A stretch of 64,000 nt of DNA, from positions 2,334,933-2,398,932 of the forward strand of contig NMRA01000001.1 in assembly GCA_002633005.1 (NCBI GenBank), in the 5' to 3' direction. Shown in pieces: positions 11,001 to 22,405 of this stretch (positions are counted from its first letter, which is position 1; each line of letters begins with the position of its first letter). A program made the translations under genes and the position numbers. This DNA is from Phoronis australis (taxonomy: Eukaryota; Animalia; Phoronida). Under the pieces are notes generated by a model, which worked only from the letters and a program-made list of their open reading frames with translations, was not told the origin of the DNA and ran no database searches.

Positions 11001-14000
11001 CTTTGTCATTTTAATAGATATGATCTAACTGTTGGCTGAGTTGTTTACATGCATTTGAGTCAGCACCTAAACTTTCCACTGAGATTAGATCCTGGATGAG
11101 TCGAGTTGGACTGGAGAATTACCACGTCAGTCGTGTTAAGTTGTTCTGAGCGGGATATATTGACCTGTAGCTCGTTTTCAAAGCTCAGTAACTTTGAGGG
11201 TAGCTGAGGCAGTAATAGGGAAGTCATTACAATTGTGACACTTTTCTGGATCATATATAGAGAACCAATTGTCAGACGGATTTTAATGAAACTTGACTTA
11301 CAGGTATATGATGACAATGCGCTGGCACCATTTGATTTTCGTACAAATTCAACTGCTACAGCACCTCCTAGTGGCCTGTAAAAACATATCATTTTGTATG
11401 CACCATGGGTGCATGTTTACGCTCAACCGTTGTTCTTGTTTAAGAAAACTGAAAATGTTGCAACTGAATTAAGACTGACCATTTTTCATGTTCAGGCTTA
11501 GCGAACATCTTTGCAAGCCCAGTTAATGAATGAACTGCGCGCAAATCATTTTTGACGGTCTTAGCTAACACTGGGCTTACAGCCTTTGTTAAAACAGGCC
11601 CTGAACGACCATTGTTATGGGACAGTAATACAGCTGCTACAAGGTTTATCTTTCTTACAGAATATAGCCAAGGAATGATTCTTCCAAGTAAAAAAGCTGT
11701 GCCCAAGAACTCTGTAGTGAACTCTTCACCAAAGGTAGGCGCTGATAAAGAATTGCCGAGATAATCGTTTGTCACACCTGTGTCATGGAGAATGCTCAAT
11801 TACGATTTGTTTTATCTCAATGTACTGCTAAAGAGAATATGTACACTTTTGTCTTGAATCTGAAAAAGAGAAGTCTTGACATATACTCTTTGACAGTCCT
11901 TTGTGTTACGTTTTTTAAAAGTGAAGTGTGAACTTGCATTATTGTCTGCATCAGTCCTGTGAGTTTTAAAAAATTAAGACTTAATTTGCATTTTGGGGCT
12001 ACCTTTACTTTGTGTTTCCTGGCTTTAGGTTAGTAAACTTCATTTTTTCACTGAAGTCATGACTTTCAGCTCAAATTTGTTGTCTGTCATTTACTTAATG
12101 AATATGTATGCCACATTGTGACTGTTTAGTGAACTGCATGGTTCCAAAGTATGATGCTGAAAACTCCAAATTGAAACACAAATTACTCAAAACATTATTT
12201 GAATATGAAATTTGATTTGAATGTTAAGCTTGCAAACTAAAAAGTCAGTTCAGAATACAAAACAACGGAGCTGATCTGTATCTCTCCATCGCTATCAGAA
12301 TAATTATGTTCCTGTTCCTACTGAGCTTAGTGCATGAGAAGTTACATATTCGTAGTTTGAAAGCTGCTATGAAGTGTTCCGTCAACGATACTGACTCTTG
12401 ATTTGGACACCTTGACGCAATAAAACTGGTCTCGTCTTCTCTCTTACTCAGATGAGAAGTGACTTCTGAGACCTTATTGGTTTTATGGACAAAAATGCAT
12501 TAGCTTTGTGCAGGGTTATGAAACCACGAAATCTGTTGTGTTCTTGTGATTTTATAGCAAGTCGCTAATTCTCGCTGTTGTCTGCCAGACATTCGGTAAA
12601 ATGAAAGCCGGTGACTTTTCCTATAAAATACCCTTGAAATACTCCTCAGTTTACCATGTGGGATTTGGCTCAGCGGCAGAATGTTCAGCTATGACTGTGT
12701 AGCTAGTGAATTCGATTCCATGATACTGAGAATTTCTGTACAATTTTCTTATCTCACCAAGAATGTGCCTTTAAGACAATACTCTGCAAATAAGTCAACT
12801 GTCGTGACAAACTTGTTGAACTTGGTCTTGAGTTGTTGGTTGTTTCCAATCTCAAAAATCACCCCCAGTCTGAGTTGAGACCAATTTCATAACAGTAAGT
12901 GATCTTAAATTAGAATTTATTTTTTTAACAGAAGGCAGATGCAGCTCCAGTGAAATATCCTCATACCATTTCAAAGGCGCTTGGTGCAAATGTTGACTGA
13001 TTAGTAGCCAGAAATCTTGTTTCAAGCTGGTTAATTTTACATGTGGGCCCACGATCACATAAACCTTTGCGTGCATAGATTAAGTAGGGAATTTATTTTA
13101 GGTAATAAATTGTCACCTAGAAACTTTCATTTACCATTCAAGTATTTCACCGAGTACTAAGTAAACTGAAAAATCACACTCTGCCTACTACATGACTGTT
13201 TTATCAACCATTGCACTATGAATTATTTTTGTGTGTTTTGATTGAAACTTTTGACATGTGGCGACGTCTACTTTCAGAATGTTGGTAAAGAAACTTTGGC
13301 TCAGCCAGTCATTGCCAAATCTGGGAGCATAGGAGTCAAGATACACACAAAAACGTTGAAGGATAAGCAAGAATTTAAATGTGAGGCGTCTGATCTTTAT
13401 ATGGCTCTCACAGAAAAAGAGGTACATAAATTTCTCACTGCTTAACAGTTTTTGTTAAAATTTTAACTAATAGGTGTGTTAATTTATTTTTAAAATGTGT
13501 TTATAAGTATTTATTCTAAATGTAAATGTCGGTATTATCTTTACATTGTAATGTATTGTTATTAACACCAGTGTCACTTTAATTGCGCCCACGTATTCAT
13601 AATACATGTCAGTGGATATTGCCGTTTTCTGTGCCTGTTTGTATCAAGGACGAGACGTCGCCTGAGAATTTGCGGATAGCTCGTCACTTTATGCACCCCC
13701 TAACAGTGACAATTTAAATGATTATTTTGGTGCATGCTTACATCCAATTTTCTACCACATCCAAGATTCCTGGTTTGACTACAATAAATGAGACAGTATT
13801 GTTGGTTGTTTAATCACTGCATTAGAGTGATCTTGTCAGACTTGCTGATGCTTTGCTTATTGAAATCCTGGAAATCTTTCGCATTTCAATTTCAGAGGGT
13901 CATGGCCTTTACGCGAGATTCAGTGGACATGGAAGTTGAAAAGGGAGGCCGGTTTATATTGTTCGGTGGGAACATTACGGGGTCGTTTGTTGAACTTGTA

Positions 14001-14947
14001 AGTAGTTTCACTGAGCTTGTGGTGTTGATCAAATGCTGGATTTCAGCAGTCAGGCTCATCAACGACATAGTTGCAATTATAAAAGTATGCAAATTGAGAA
14101 AATGCGTGACATAATTTTAAATCTGCTATAAACCTTGATCAGGTGTGGAAAACAACTTTCTTCACATTAGTATATTTCCTGTTCCTTGGCAACATCTCGT
14201 TGTTATTCTTTGTGTTGAAATCCGTTGCAATATAACAACTGAAGCTCCCTCTAAAGGCTGTATTACTTTGTTAGCTGAAACTAACACGACATGACAAGCA
14301 ACTTAATGTACTTGTTAGTTCTTCTAAAGCTTAAAAATCATGTTTAATCTGAGAAGGGAACCAAACGAATCCGATTTTATGTCTGTAGGTGACCTAAGTC
14401 AAAACTTGTGTTTGTTACACGTTTAATCAGATGCTCATATATTTGTTAAAAGCGCTATATACCAAGTTTCTATCACCAATAAAGCTATAAGTTAGACCGC
14501 TTACCATTTTTGTCTCAAGTTGATGTATTGATAGTAAGACCTGTCTGATGTCCTGGATACCTATGAATATCCCTAGTACTTGGGAGACCTACATTTTGTT
14601 ATTGTCTCAACTTGGTCTTTTCTCAGGGTAGAAGTGACTTCTAGACTTGTGACCAAAGTCATCTGGTCATTATTTGTGCTGTTCTTGGTTAATCAAACAT
14701 TTTATGACGATTTACTGTTCAGGTACCCTATGAGAAAATTGTGATGAAGTGGCGGTTCAAAAGCTGGCCTGACGAGCATTACTCTCAAGTGACGCTGTCC
14801 ATCAAACAACTCGAGGATGTGACCCAGCTGTCAGTAGTGCAGGCAGGAATTCCAGACAGCGAGTTTGAGCGAACAAGATCCGGCTGGGTACAGTACTATT
14901 GGGAAAGCATTAGACAAACATTCGGATATGGATCACGGTTACGCTAA
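5048..14947 (+). CDS. AHSA1: Activator of Hsp90 ATPase homolog 1 (Aha1), 340 aa; exons 5048-5127, 7487-7566, 8552-8662, 8965-9050, 10743-10863, 11661-11734, 13278-13421, 13896-13997, 14723-14947
   Basis: Exon 1 encodes MAKWGEGDPRWIVEERADATNVNNWHW (NxNNWHW motif). Later exons give ANNRKAKLIFFYEW, IPNLSDE, EYSQGMILP, FGGNITG and KIVMKWRFKSWP...GWVQYYWESIRQTFGYG. All introns are GT-AG, phases are consistent, and the total is 1023 nt. Confidence 0.97.
9737..9992. mobile_element. hAT-like MITE in AHSA1 intron 4 with 6-bp TSD (ACAAGG)
   Basis: Ends CCGGGCTTGGAAT / ATTCCGAGCCCTG; ACAAGG at 9731-9736 and 9993-9998. A related left-end fragment lies at about 19231-19305. Confidence 0.75.
9993..10213 (+). 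ncRNA. Candidate intronic H/ACA RNA (about 220 nt), AHSA1 intron 4
   Basis: Hairpin 1 (ACAAG..TGAAG / CTTCA.CTTGT), H box AGAACA at 10077-10082, hairpin 2 (AGTG/CACT, TCGC/GCGA, CTTGAA/TTTAAG, CTATCC/GGATGG), then ACA at 10208-10210 plus TTT. Folded by hand. Confidence 0.6.
12555..12745 (+). ncRNA. Candidate intronic H/ACA RNA (about 190 nt), AHSA1 intron 6
   Basis: Hairpin 1 (AAGTCGCT/GGTGACTT, TGTCT/AGACA), H box ATAAAA at 12623-12628, hairpin 2 (GAAAT/ATTTC, CTCAGT/ACTGAG, TGGGA/TTCCA), then ACA at 12740-12742 plus ATT. Confidence 0.5.
14470..14596 (+). ncRNA. Candidate H/ACA scaRNA-like guide for U2 snRNA pseudouridine 34, AHSA1 intron 8
   Basis: Canonical size (about 127 nt), H box ATAGTA at 14531-14536, ACA at 14591-14593. 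The 3' pocket GGATAC (14555-14560) / TACTTG (14577-14582) is complementary to U2 ...CAAGUG[UA]GUAUCU..., with the pocket top 14 nt from ACA. Confidence 0.6.
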
Positions 14948-15441
14948 TCGTGGACTGGTGCTAGTCATGAAACATTTTGCTAACTGGTGTCTCACGTGGG
15001 TCATCCATCCTGTTTTTTTATATTTATAATCAGTCTCATGTTACATTATTTGGCCAGATTTGTTCATTATTTGATGCCACGTCATTTTAATATGGAGAAC
15101 GTTCAAGTAGGTCAAACAAAAACATGGCCTCAAGTGTCTCTAATTGCCTGCTGTGTCATACCAAAGGCTATAGGATCCAGCAAACATACAATCTGTCTTA
15201 CTTGTACACAGTTTAAACTGAATTCATGGGTCAAGCTGTTGTGAAGTCATGAATCTTGTGTTCTATTGGCTAAGCCCTGGTTGTAACAGTTGGACAAAAG
15301 TTTTCCTTATTTATTGTTAAGTAAAGTTTGTTACGTGTCAGCTCAGGTTCAGCACCCTTATTAATTTGCAGTACGTGAGAAGTAGTGCTCTTAAGGTCTA
15401 TTATTTCAGCAATTTTTAATCTGTAAACTCCAGCACGTTTT

Positions 15442-15447
15442 AATAAA
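15442..15447 (+). terminator. Candidate proximal polyadenylation signal of AHSA1 (a second AATAAA at 16831-16836 is followed by a GT-rich tract)
   Basis: AATAAA hexamers downstream of the stop codon. Confidence 0.45.
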
Positions 15448-15504
15448 TAGACATTGTGGGGGATTTTTGATTATTCACGGGAGTTAACATATGGTTTAAT
15501 GACT

Positions 15505-16550
15505 CATCATGTGCACACATACATATATGTGGATGCATATTGCTATCAACTCTTTCTGATGTCCACTGGTGTACCTCTTAAACCCCTTGCAAGACCTTCA
15601 TGAAATTTGGCATAGGTGATCCTTTGAAGCTGACAACAGAGGAAGGCGACTTTCAGATGAATACCGCAACTGCTGTGGCAATTTTAATATACTTATGTTT
15701 GCCTCTGTATCTACCAAGTCCCTTTGATGGATCTTATGAAATTTAACAAATGGATTTTTATTGAGATGACAATGACACTTTTACAATTTCGGATGGCTTC
15801 TGTGCCCCCCAGTAGACATTTTTTATCATTTTTGATTGTTTTTGGTGTCCGCCTTTTTATTTGCTAAACTGCTCGAATTGCCATTTTGAAAATTCCTATT
15901 GTTGAGAGCATAGCTGGCGTTGATTTTTTGATGGCTCCCACTACCTTGGATCCTTTATGGCAATATGTACTAAGTTCCTTCAGGTCTTCATGAATTTGAT
16001 TTCTATGTTTCTGTTAAGAAAATGACAACTGTATTGGATTTTGAGACCAGTTCCTTTATAAATCTTCATGGAATTTAGGTAATATGTATCTACGAAGGAG
16101 ATGACGGCACATTCCCAGTTTGTCATTTTTCATTATTTTTGTATTATTCTTCATTTTACATTCGCAACTCTTTCCACCAAAGTACTTGAAGATGTGTTCT
16201 TACTGAGGAGAGTATGGCCTGATCTGTGACTTACTCCAGTGGTTTACTTTGTCCTTCAATGTATTTTCATAAAATTAGGCATGTGTGGTCGTACTGAACT
16301 AAGTAGGTCTGCCCTTGGTTTTCAGACAACTTGGACTTCTGTGGCACCTGCTAGTGGTAATTTGTGTTTTTTTTTTGCCTGGCAAGTTCTTTGAGGGATC
16401 TTATTAAATTTGACCTATGTGCTCCTAACGTGGAGAGCGCAGCTGATGTTTATTTTTGAATGGACCTGACTACCACAGAAATAATTGAGGTGTAAGCAGC
16501 CCTTATCTTTACCTTTTGTGATGTACATGGTGGGCACATATCAATGCTCT
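15505..16550 (-). mobile_element. Degenerate Helentron-associated (HINE/pearl-like) repeat, reverse orientation
   Basis: Repeated ...ggatcttcatgaaatttgg... cores plus a terminal hairpin (catgtgcacacatacatatatgtggatgcat). Reverse complement of the family at 55.9-60.0 kb. Confidence 0.5.
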
Positions 16551-17621
16551 GAGTTACTCTTGTTAAACCTGCTGTTCGGTTCTGCCTTCAAATGGCCTAT
16601 TTACATCCAATAGTCCCCGTTTCTCAGGGCCGGTTTGTAATTTTGAAGTTAGAACAAAACCCACCTAGTCAATAGTTACCTGTGTTTGGTATCGTTGGAC
16701 TGTACTTTGATCTGGCTACTTTTTGCCAATTCCATGCCATTGGCTTCCTGCCATACCTTCCAGTGATATGTGTAAGGCCAGTTTCATTGTCAAAAACACC
16801 ATATATTTGTGGGATGTATCCATCGCTGTCAATAAATCTCGTGTTGTTAAGATAGATGTGTTTGCGTTTGTTTTTATTACTTTATTTATTTAAGGAAATA
16901 CTGGGCCTTCCAAGGTCCCCCAAAGTCTCTAGTTAGGTAGAGACACTGGTCACTGTTTATGTCCGCCCTTGATATTTCAAAAGTTGAGCTAAGCTCCTAT
17001 TGTGTGGTTCACAGCAATTATCGCATTTGCGATTCGTGCCGGGCAGTCAAATGTTGACTGAAATAAGTTGAAATGCCAAGGAAGTGAGCAAAAAGGTCCG
17101 CCTTAGGTCTATGTGAAACAAAAACAGTCCACTAAAAAGGTACACATCGTCAGAAATGCGAGCCCCACAAAGGCTGGGTATGCTCATGGAAACTTGTAGT
17201 TTTTTAACGTGTTTGGCTTCTGAAATTGCACTTCTCGTGAAAAGTTAGTGTAAAACCAGTCTTTCGCGGAAGAAAGGCTGTAGAAAATGACCAAATGCTG
17301 CTGTATGGGTTTTAGTTGTTGACAATAGTTTTGAGTCGATGTGTGTTCATTCAGCGTGGTAGATAATTGGCGTTTGTCTCCTAACATCGGACAAAAGAAC
17401 GAGCCTGACGCTTTACAAACGAAAGATCGATGTCTGGCCTCTGAAAACCGCGTCTCATACCGTGAATAATACGCTGACAAGGAAGTCGCGCATTTCTAAA
17501 GATATGCGAGAATTTTCACCGCTCGTCCTTCAGAGTGGCTTTTACCAGGATCAAAGAGAGCACGGCGCCGGAGTCGGGTACACTACCCGATACGAGCAAG
17601 ACCCAATTAAGTGGAATTACC

Positions 17622-18164
17622 CATAGGCGGATTTAGCCCCCCCCCCNNNNNNNNNNNNNNNNNNNNNNNNNNNNNNNNNNNNNNNNNNNNNNNNNNNNNN
17701 NNNNNNNNNNNNNNNNNNNNNNNNNNNNNNNNNNNNNNNNNNNNNNNNNNNNNNNNNNNNNNNNNNNNNNNNNNNNNNNNNNNNNNNNNNNNNNNNNNNN
17801 NNNNNNNNNNNNNNNNNNNNNNNNNNNNNNNNNNNNNNNNNNNNNNNNNNNNNNNNNNNNNNNNNNNNNNNNNNNNNNNNNNNNNNNNNNNNNNNNNNNN
17901 NNNNNNNNNNNNNNNNNNNNNNNNNNNNNNNNNNNNNNNNNNNNNNNNNNNNNNNNNNNNNNNNNNNNNNNNNNNNNNNNNNNNNNNNNNNNNNNNNNNN
18001 NNNNCCAGATGGCGGCGTGGTCGCGCTTCCGTTTTTTTATAGTCGATAGACTTTCCGAACACAACTAGGTACACACTGCCGGTCCCCGCGACTTTTAGAG
18101 GCGCGCTTTGCCCGCCCGAGGCAGCATGTTGGGCCCCCTTTATGGTATCCTATATCCGCCACTG
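17622..18164. mobile_element. hAT-like non-autonomous element with 5-bp TSD TTACC; interior lies in an assembly gap
   Basis: Ends CATAGGCGGATTTAG / CTATATCCGCCACTG; TTACC at 17617-17621 and 18165-18169. Confidence 0.8.
17647..18004. other. Assembly gap (N run)
   Basis: Run of N. Confidence 1.
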
Positions 18165-20234
18165 TTACCCGACCATAAACTGTATTAAACATCTCTGGCT
18201 GTTACATTATGGCGAATTTTCAAAATGCATTAACCACTAATTTTCGTTAACAACAACACCACGGCGGTATTCAGCTGGAAAAAAAACAACCAAGTACGGT
18301 TTTCGATTTTTAAAAATCGATGAACTAATTATCTAAAAACTACAACCATTGGGTACAATTGAAGATAAACTATCGCGCGTTTTGACATACTCGGTGGATA
18401 TAAAAACGCTGATCAGAACTAACAATATCACATGGGTTCATTTTTAATATTCTTTCAATCTCGTTTAACCAGGTTTTTGACCAGGAAACAGTTGTACTTA
18501 ACTTGTGCCCACTTTTCATTTTTTATTACTGACGAACAGCTAGAATAGTTATAAAGTCAGTGCCACCGAAATTGTCCAGAGATTCCAAATCTTCAGTTTG
18601 GTTATCACCATATTTGCACTTTTATATATATTTTATGATTGGAGTTCTAATAAAGAATAAACTTTAATGACACGAGAAATGTTCAGTGTACCTGTAATGT
18701 GGAAAGTTCAGGGATAGTCTCGCAATGAACTCAACTAATTGAGTTTCGCTGGCGATCAAAATCGACCACTGTTTTAGTACTTCAAGTTTAAAACTTGGAT
18801 TAAAAGTTATCAACCCGTTTCCGGTAGAAAAAAAAGTGGGCAGAAGTATTAAAAATTAAGTATCGAAAACCAATATGAAACATATCGTTCCTTTGGGAAG
18901 TGGCCCTTCGTATTATTCAAAAGTTAACCTTTTTAGTCATTTTGTAATATTTATAATGTACCAAGTTAAAACTACTCTTCAGAGTTGCATACTGTAACTC
19001 TGCAAATGTTAGAGAAAACCAAATTGGAGGTACTAACAACAACCATTGTTGAGACAGCAATGCTAGCTATTACCTTTTCACTTCATTAGTTCGCCATGTA
19101 GTTATTCACGGCTTGGAAATAATTTATACTTAACTAGCAGTTGTGGACATATTCTCGGAGTTTTTTGTACTTTTTCTGAGGTAAAATTTAGTTATTTTTC
19201 AGACGAAGTACTGAATCCCTTTTCATGAAGCAGGGCTTGTAATTTTCCTCCTTTAAGAGGATTCCCTCTTTTTGGTTCGATTTCCTCTGATTTTATATCC
19301 AGATAGAATATTCAGTTTTCGTGGGAACCATGTCACGTATATGGCAGCAGCGGCTTACCCGGCGCAGGAACGTGAAATTTTGCTTTTTTTAAAGAAACAA
19401 TCAATCACGTGCCTACAACCACTAAAGCATTTTATTTCCATGCGCACAATCTGATCACGGATTTGAAAAATGTATCTTTCATAGCTTGACGAGTTGTATA
19501 AGATATTTTAAAGGAGACTTATGACCATACATTGATGATTTTAACCAGTCCTCGTTGTCACCAGCTAATACGTCATTGGCGTCAATATTGAGAGATGGAA
19601 GCAGGAATCAACCAAAAATTCATACTCTCTATGTCACCGATTGGATACCATAGTTCTTGCTGAGTTGTCTTTTAGTTCCCTACAGTTGTAGGTCACGTTT
19701 GCCCGTTCAGCAGACTTTGGAATGAGTTTTCAAAAATTTCCTCTAACATTTTGAGGGATGTAGGGGGTTACAGAGCAATATCTTGTTTCAAAGCGGAATG
19801 GGATGGGAAAGTCCTTTTCAATATGTGGTAATAACCCAAAATCGTGTTTAGTATGTATCCTTTTAGAAAGTGTGTCCCTTTGTAGCGAATGTAGTGCCGG
19901 AGTTGGATGTTGGGTTTATAGCCCATGGCTTTATGCTTCAGACTGCATTTATAAGGAGCCATCCCGGCACGCTATGAATTAAAAAGGGGGATGCAGGTGA
20001 GACCATTTGGCTCGCTCCGGACCCTGCGTATACGACCGGATAAAAACTCCGTCGGAGTGCCGTTTTAAGGTCTCCGCGGACATGATCTTCTAAGAAAATA
20101 GTGGCCGGGACCCCCTCACGACATTTCACATCCATCAGTTGTGAAGGGTCTGTATGATTGAAATACTTGCATACAGGACACTGCTTTCTTTTGCTCCATG
20201 TGGGTTCATAGCGTGTCTTCTGTTAATGTTCATT

Positions 20235-21216
20235 CATAGGCGGATTTAGGGGGGGGGGGCAGGGGGCCCGCCCCCCCCCCTTGGCTGCCGCAAAAAATAA
20301 AACAGTAAGAGCGTAGGGAAATGTTGAGCTTATTAATTAACCCCGGTAATTAAAATTATACGGATGAAAAAAGATTTAAATGTGTGCAGTTTTAGTGTGT
20401 GTGTGGGGGGGGCGCATTCGTAACGGAACTATGGCTAAGTATAGGCTCTCCCGCTATATCCCAGGCGACCGGCAGTGGCGCTGCGCACTACGACTCCGTT
20501 TCCATCGTCTGCTCCACTGTGCAATGAAGAAAATTTACTTCATTTTTTAAAGAAAATGGAACCTGAGTGACGATGAAAAAACAGAAGCTGCTGGTAAGAT
20601 GTGAATTTTAATCGAAGCCTTAGTGAATCACTCAGAAACTCGCAATACTCTCTTTGCCAAACCTTATCTTAAGACGATTTCCAAAGCAATCCCGTCATAA
20701 TTGCCAACACGAAAAACGGATTTGGTCTTTTTGGCATTTGAAGACTATTTTAAATACGACAAATTTGTTAAGAATCGATGGCACAAAATATAAAACGTGT
20801 AATAAGCATTACAAAAAGAAGTAGGTTTCGCGCGCAAACGCTGTGGACCATAAACAAGTAGGTCTCTTAGTATGAGATTAGTATTTAAATCGTGGTGGTG
20901 TAGAGGTAACGCACGTGCGCAGTATTCGCCAGGTCGTGAGTCCGAGTCTTTGATAATTGCAGTTTTTTCCTGTTTGACACGTTCTCCGTTTTTTTTTTGC
21001 CTTTTTTCTTGAATAATACTTCAGGAATCAAGGAAAATGCTTGACTTTTAGAGGTAAAAACAGAAAAATTTCCTGGGTGGGAGGGAGGCAAACCCCTCTC
21101 CCGACCTCCCCCCATTCGGTGCTATGCGCATCTACAATCGTGGTTCAGTTTGCGCAAATGCTTACAGCCAGACAAAATGTTGGCCCCCCCCTTGTGATAT
21201 CCTAGATCCGCCACTG
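20235..21216 (+). mobile_element. hAT-like non-autonomous element with 5-bp TSD TCATT
   Basis: Ends CATAGGCGGATTTAGG / CCTAGATCCGCCACTG; TCATT at 20230-20234 and 21217-21221. Same end family as 17622-18164. Confidence 0.85.
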
Positions 21217-21489
21217 TCATTAGTTGTAAAATGTCACGGAGTCGATACCAATGGTGTTAAATTGACCGTCGCCGTCTTTGCAGTACCAACGATGGCCTCA
21301 GCCTCGCTTTACTTTTTAGGGGTTACCACTGAAAGCTGGTCGAAGAAAACGCGTTTTTGCTACGGAAGTCATTTGTCTCCTAGGCTGAAGAATAACGCGT
21401 ACTAACAAAGGGATTTTTCGCTCTTTCATGTTGACGTTGATCACTACATGATATTTGAAGGTTACGTAAGACCTTTTGTACTACTCTGT

Positions 21490-21930
21490 GTATTTGGCAT
21501 AATATCTAGAAAATTGTAGATTTCAGCTCACTAAAAGCATGTAAAATTTGATTTTTTACTTTTTACCAACGAATCTGTTATTAATTGGATCGCATGTCCA
21601 TATCTTTTTAGTAAAATTTAGCCAAAAAGAAAGTTACATTGATAGCAAAATAACAGTATCAATAACATCGTATTTGATATGAAATATGAAAAACGATGTT
21701 ACAGTTTTCTAAAATATTACGTTTTAGTTTTATGCAACTTTAAGAATTTCTCTTTAAAATGTGAAAAGTTCTTTTTTCGCAGGCCTTCATTCAAAAAAGG
21801 AACATTTGAAAAACAATTCCTAATAAATTTTTTGAGAACAGATAACTGATAGTTTGTATGTATACGATCAGCCATTTTTGAGATATGATGTTCCGATGTC
21901 AGCCAAATTTGGTCATTTTCAAAGGGTCTT
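21490..21930. repeat. AT-rich dispersed repeat; reverse-complement homolog at about 29450-29935
   Basis: gatcagccatttttgagatatgatgttcc...ccaaatttggtcatttt matches the reverse complement of aaaatgtccaaatttgg...ggaacttcatatttcagaaatggctgatc. Confidence 0.65.
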
Positions 21931-22405
21931 ATGTAACCGTATGTCTGTGAACTATGATTGCCCAATGAATAAGATGACCCCCGGATGCCTAGATCCGTGG
22001 GATCCTGACTGGCAATTCTATGCTGAGAACACTCGGCAAATCGGTAACTAAACAAACTTTTTTAAAGGTGCATTTCCTAATTCTTGCATAGGAATCATGT
22101 CGTTGGCTGACATAACTTTAGTAAATCAGTCGCAAATATTTCCTCAGCGTCAAGTCGAATTTATAGTTTACCTGTGACATGAAGAGGCCTAGTTTTATAG
22201 TGGTTCGCCAATCCTGTCAAAATAGAAGGCATTTTGAGAATTGCCAGTGTCCGGAATTGCCTCTTTAGGAAGGGAAATTATTTTCGTCATGAAGTTCAAA
22301 ACCTTGGGAGTTTGAGCAGCCAAGTTAATTTGCGTTTTAGTTGATGAGTGCCCATTTAAACGTTTACAGAATTCAATTATGACAATACCATAGCCGGATG
22401 TTTAA

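Noticed and set aside
12271-12349. Short H/ACA-like motif (AGAATA...ACA)
   Set aside because: Only about 80 nt with weak stems, and the same intron holds a better candidate.
17607-18074. Long ORFs across the N run (also 51487-51721)
   Set aside because: Artefacts of assembly gaps.
19768-20135. Coding-like minus-strand ORFs
   Set aside because: No recognisable motif or splice structure; possibly a decayed element but not supportable.
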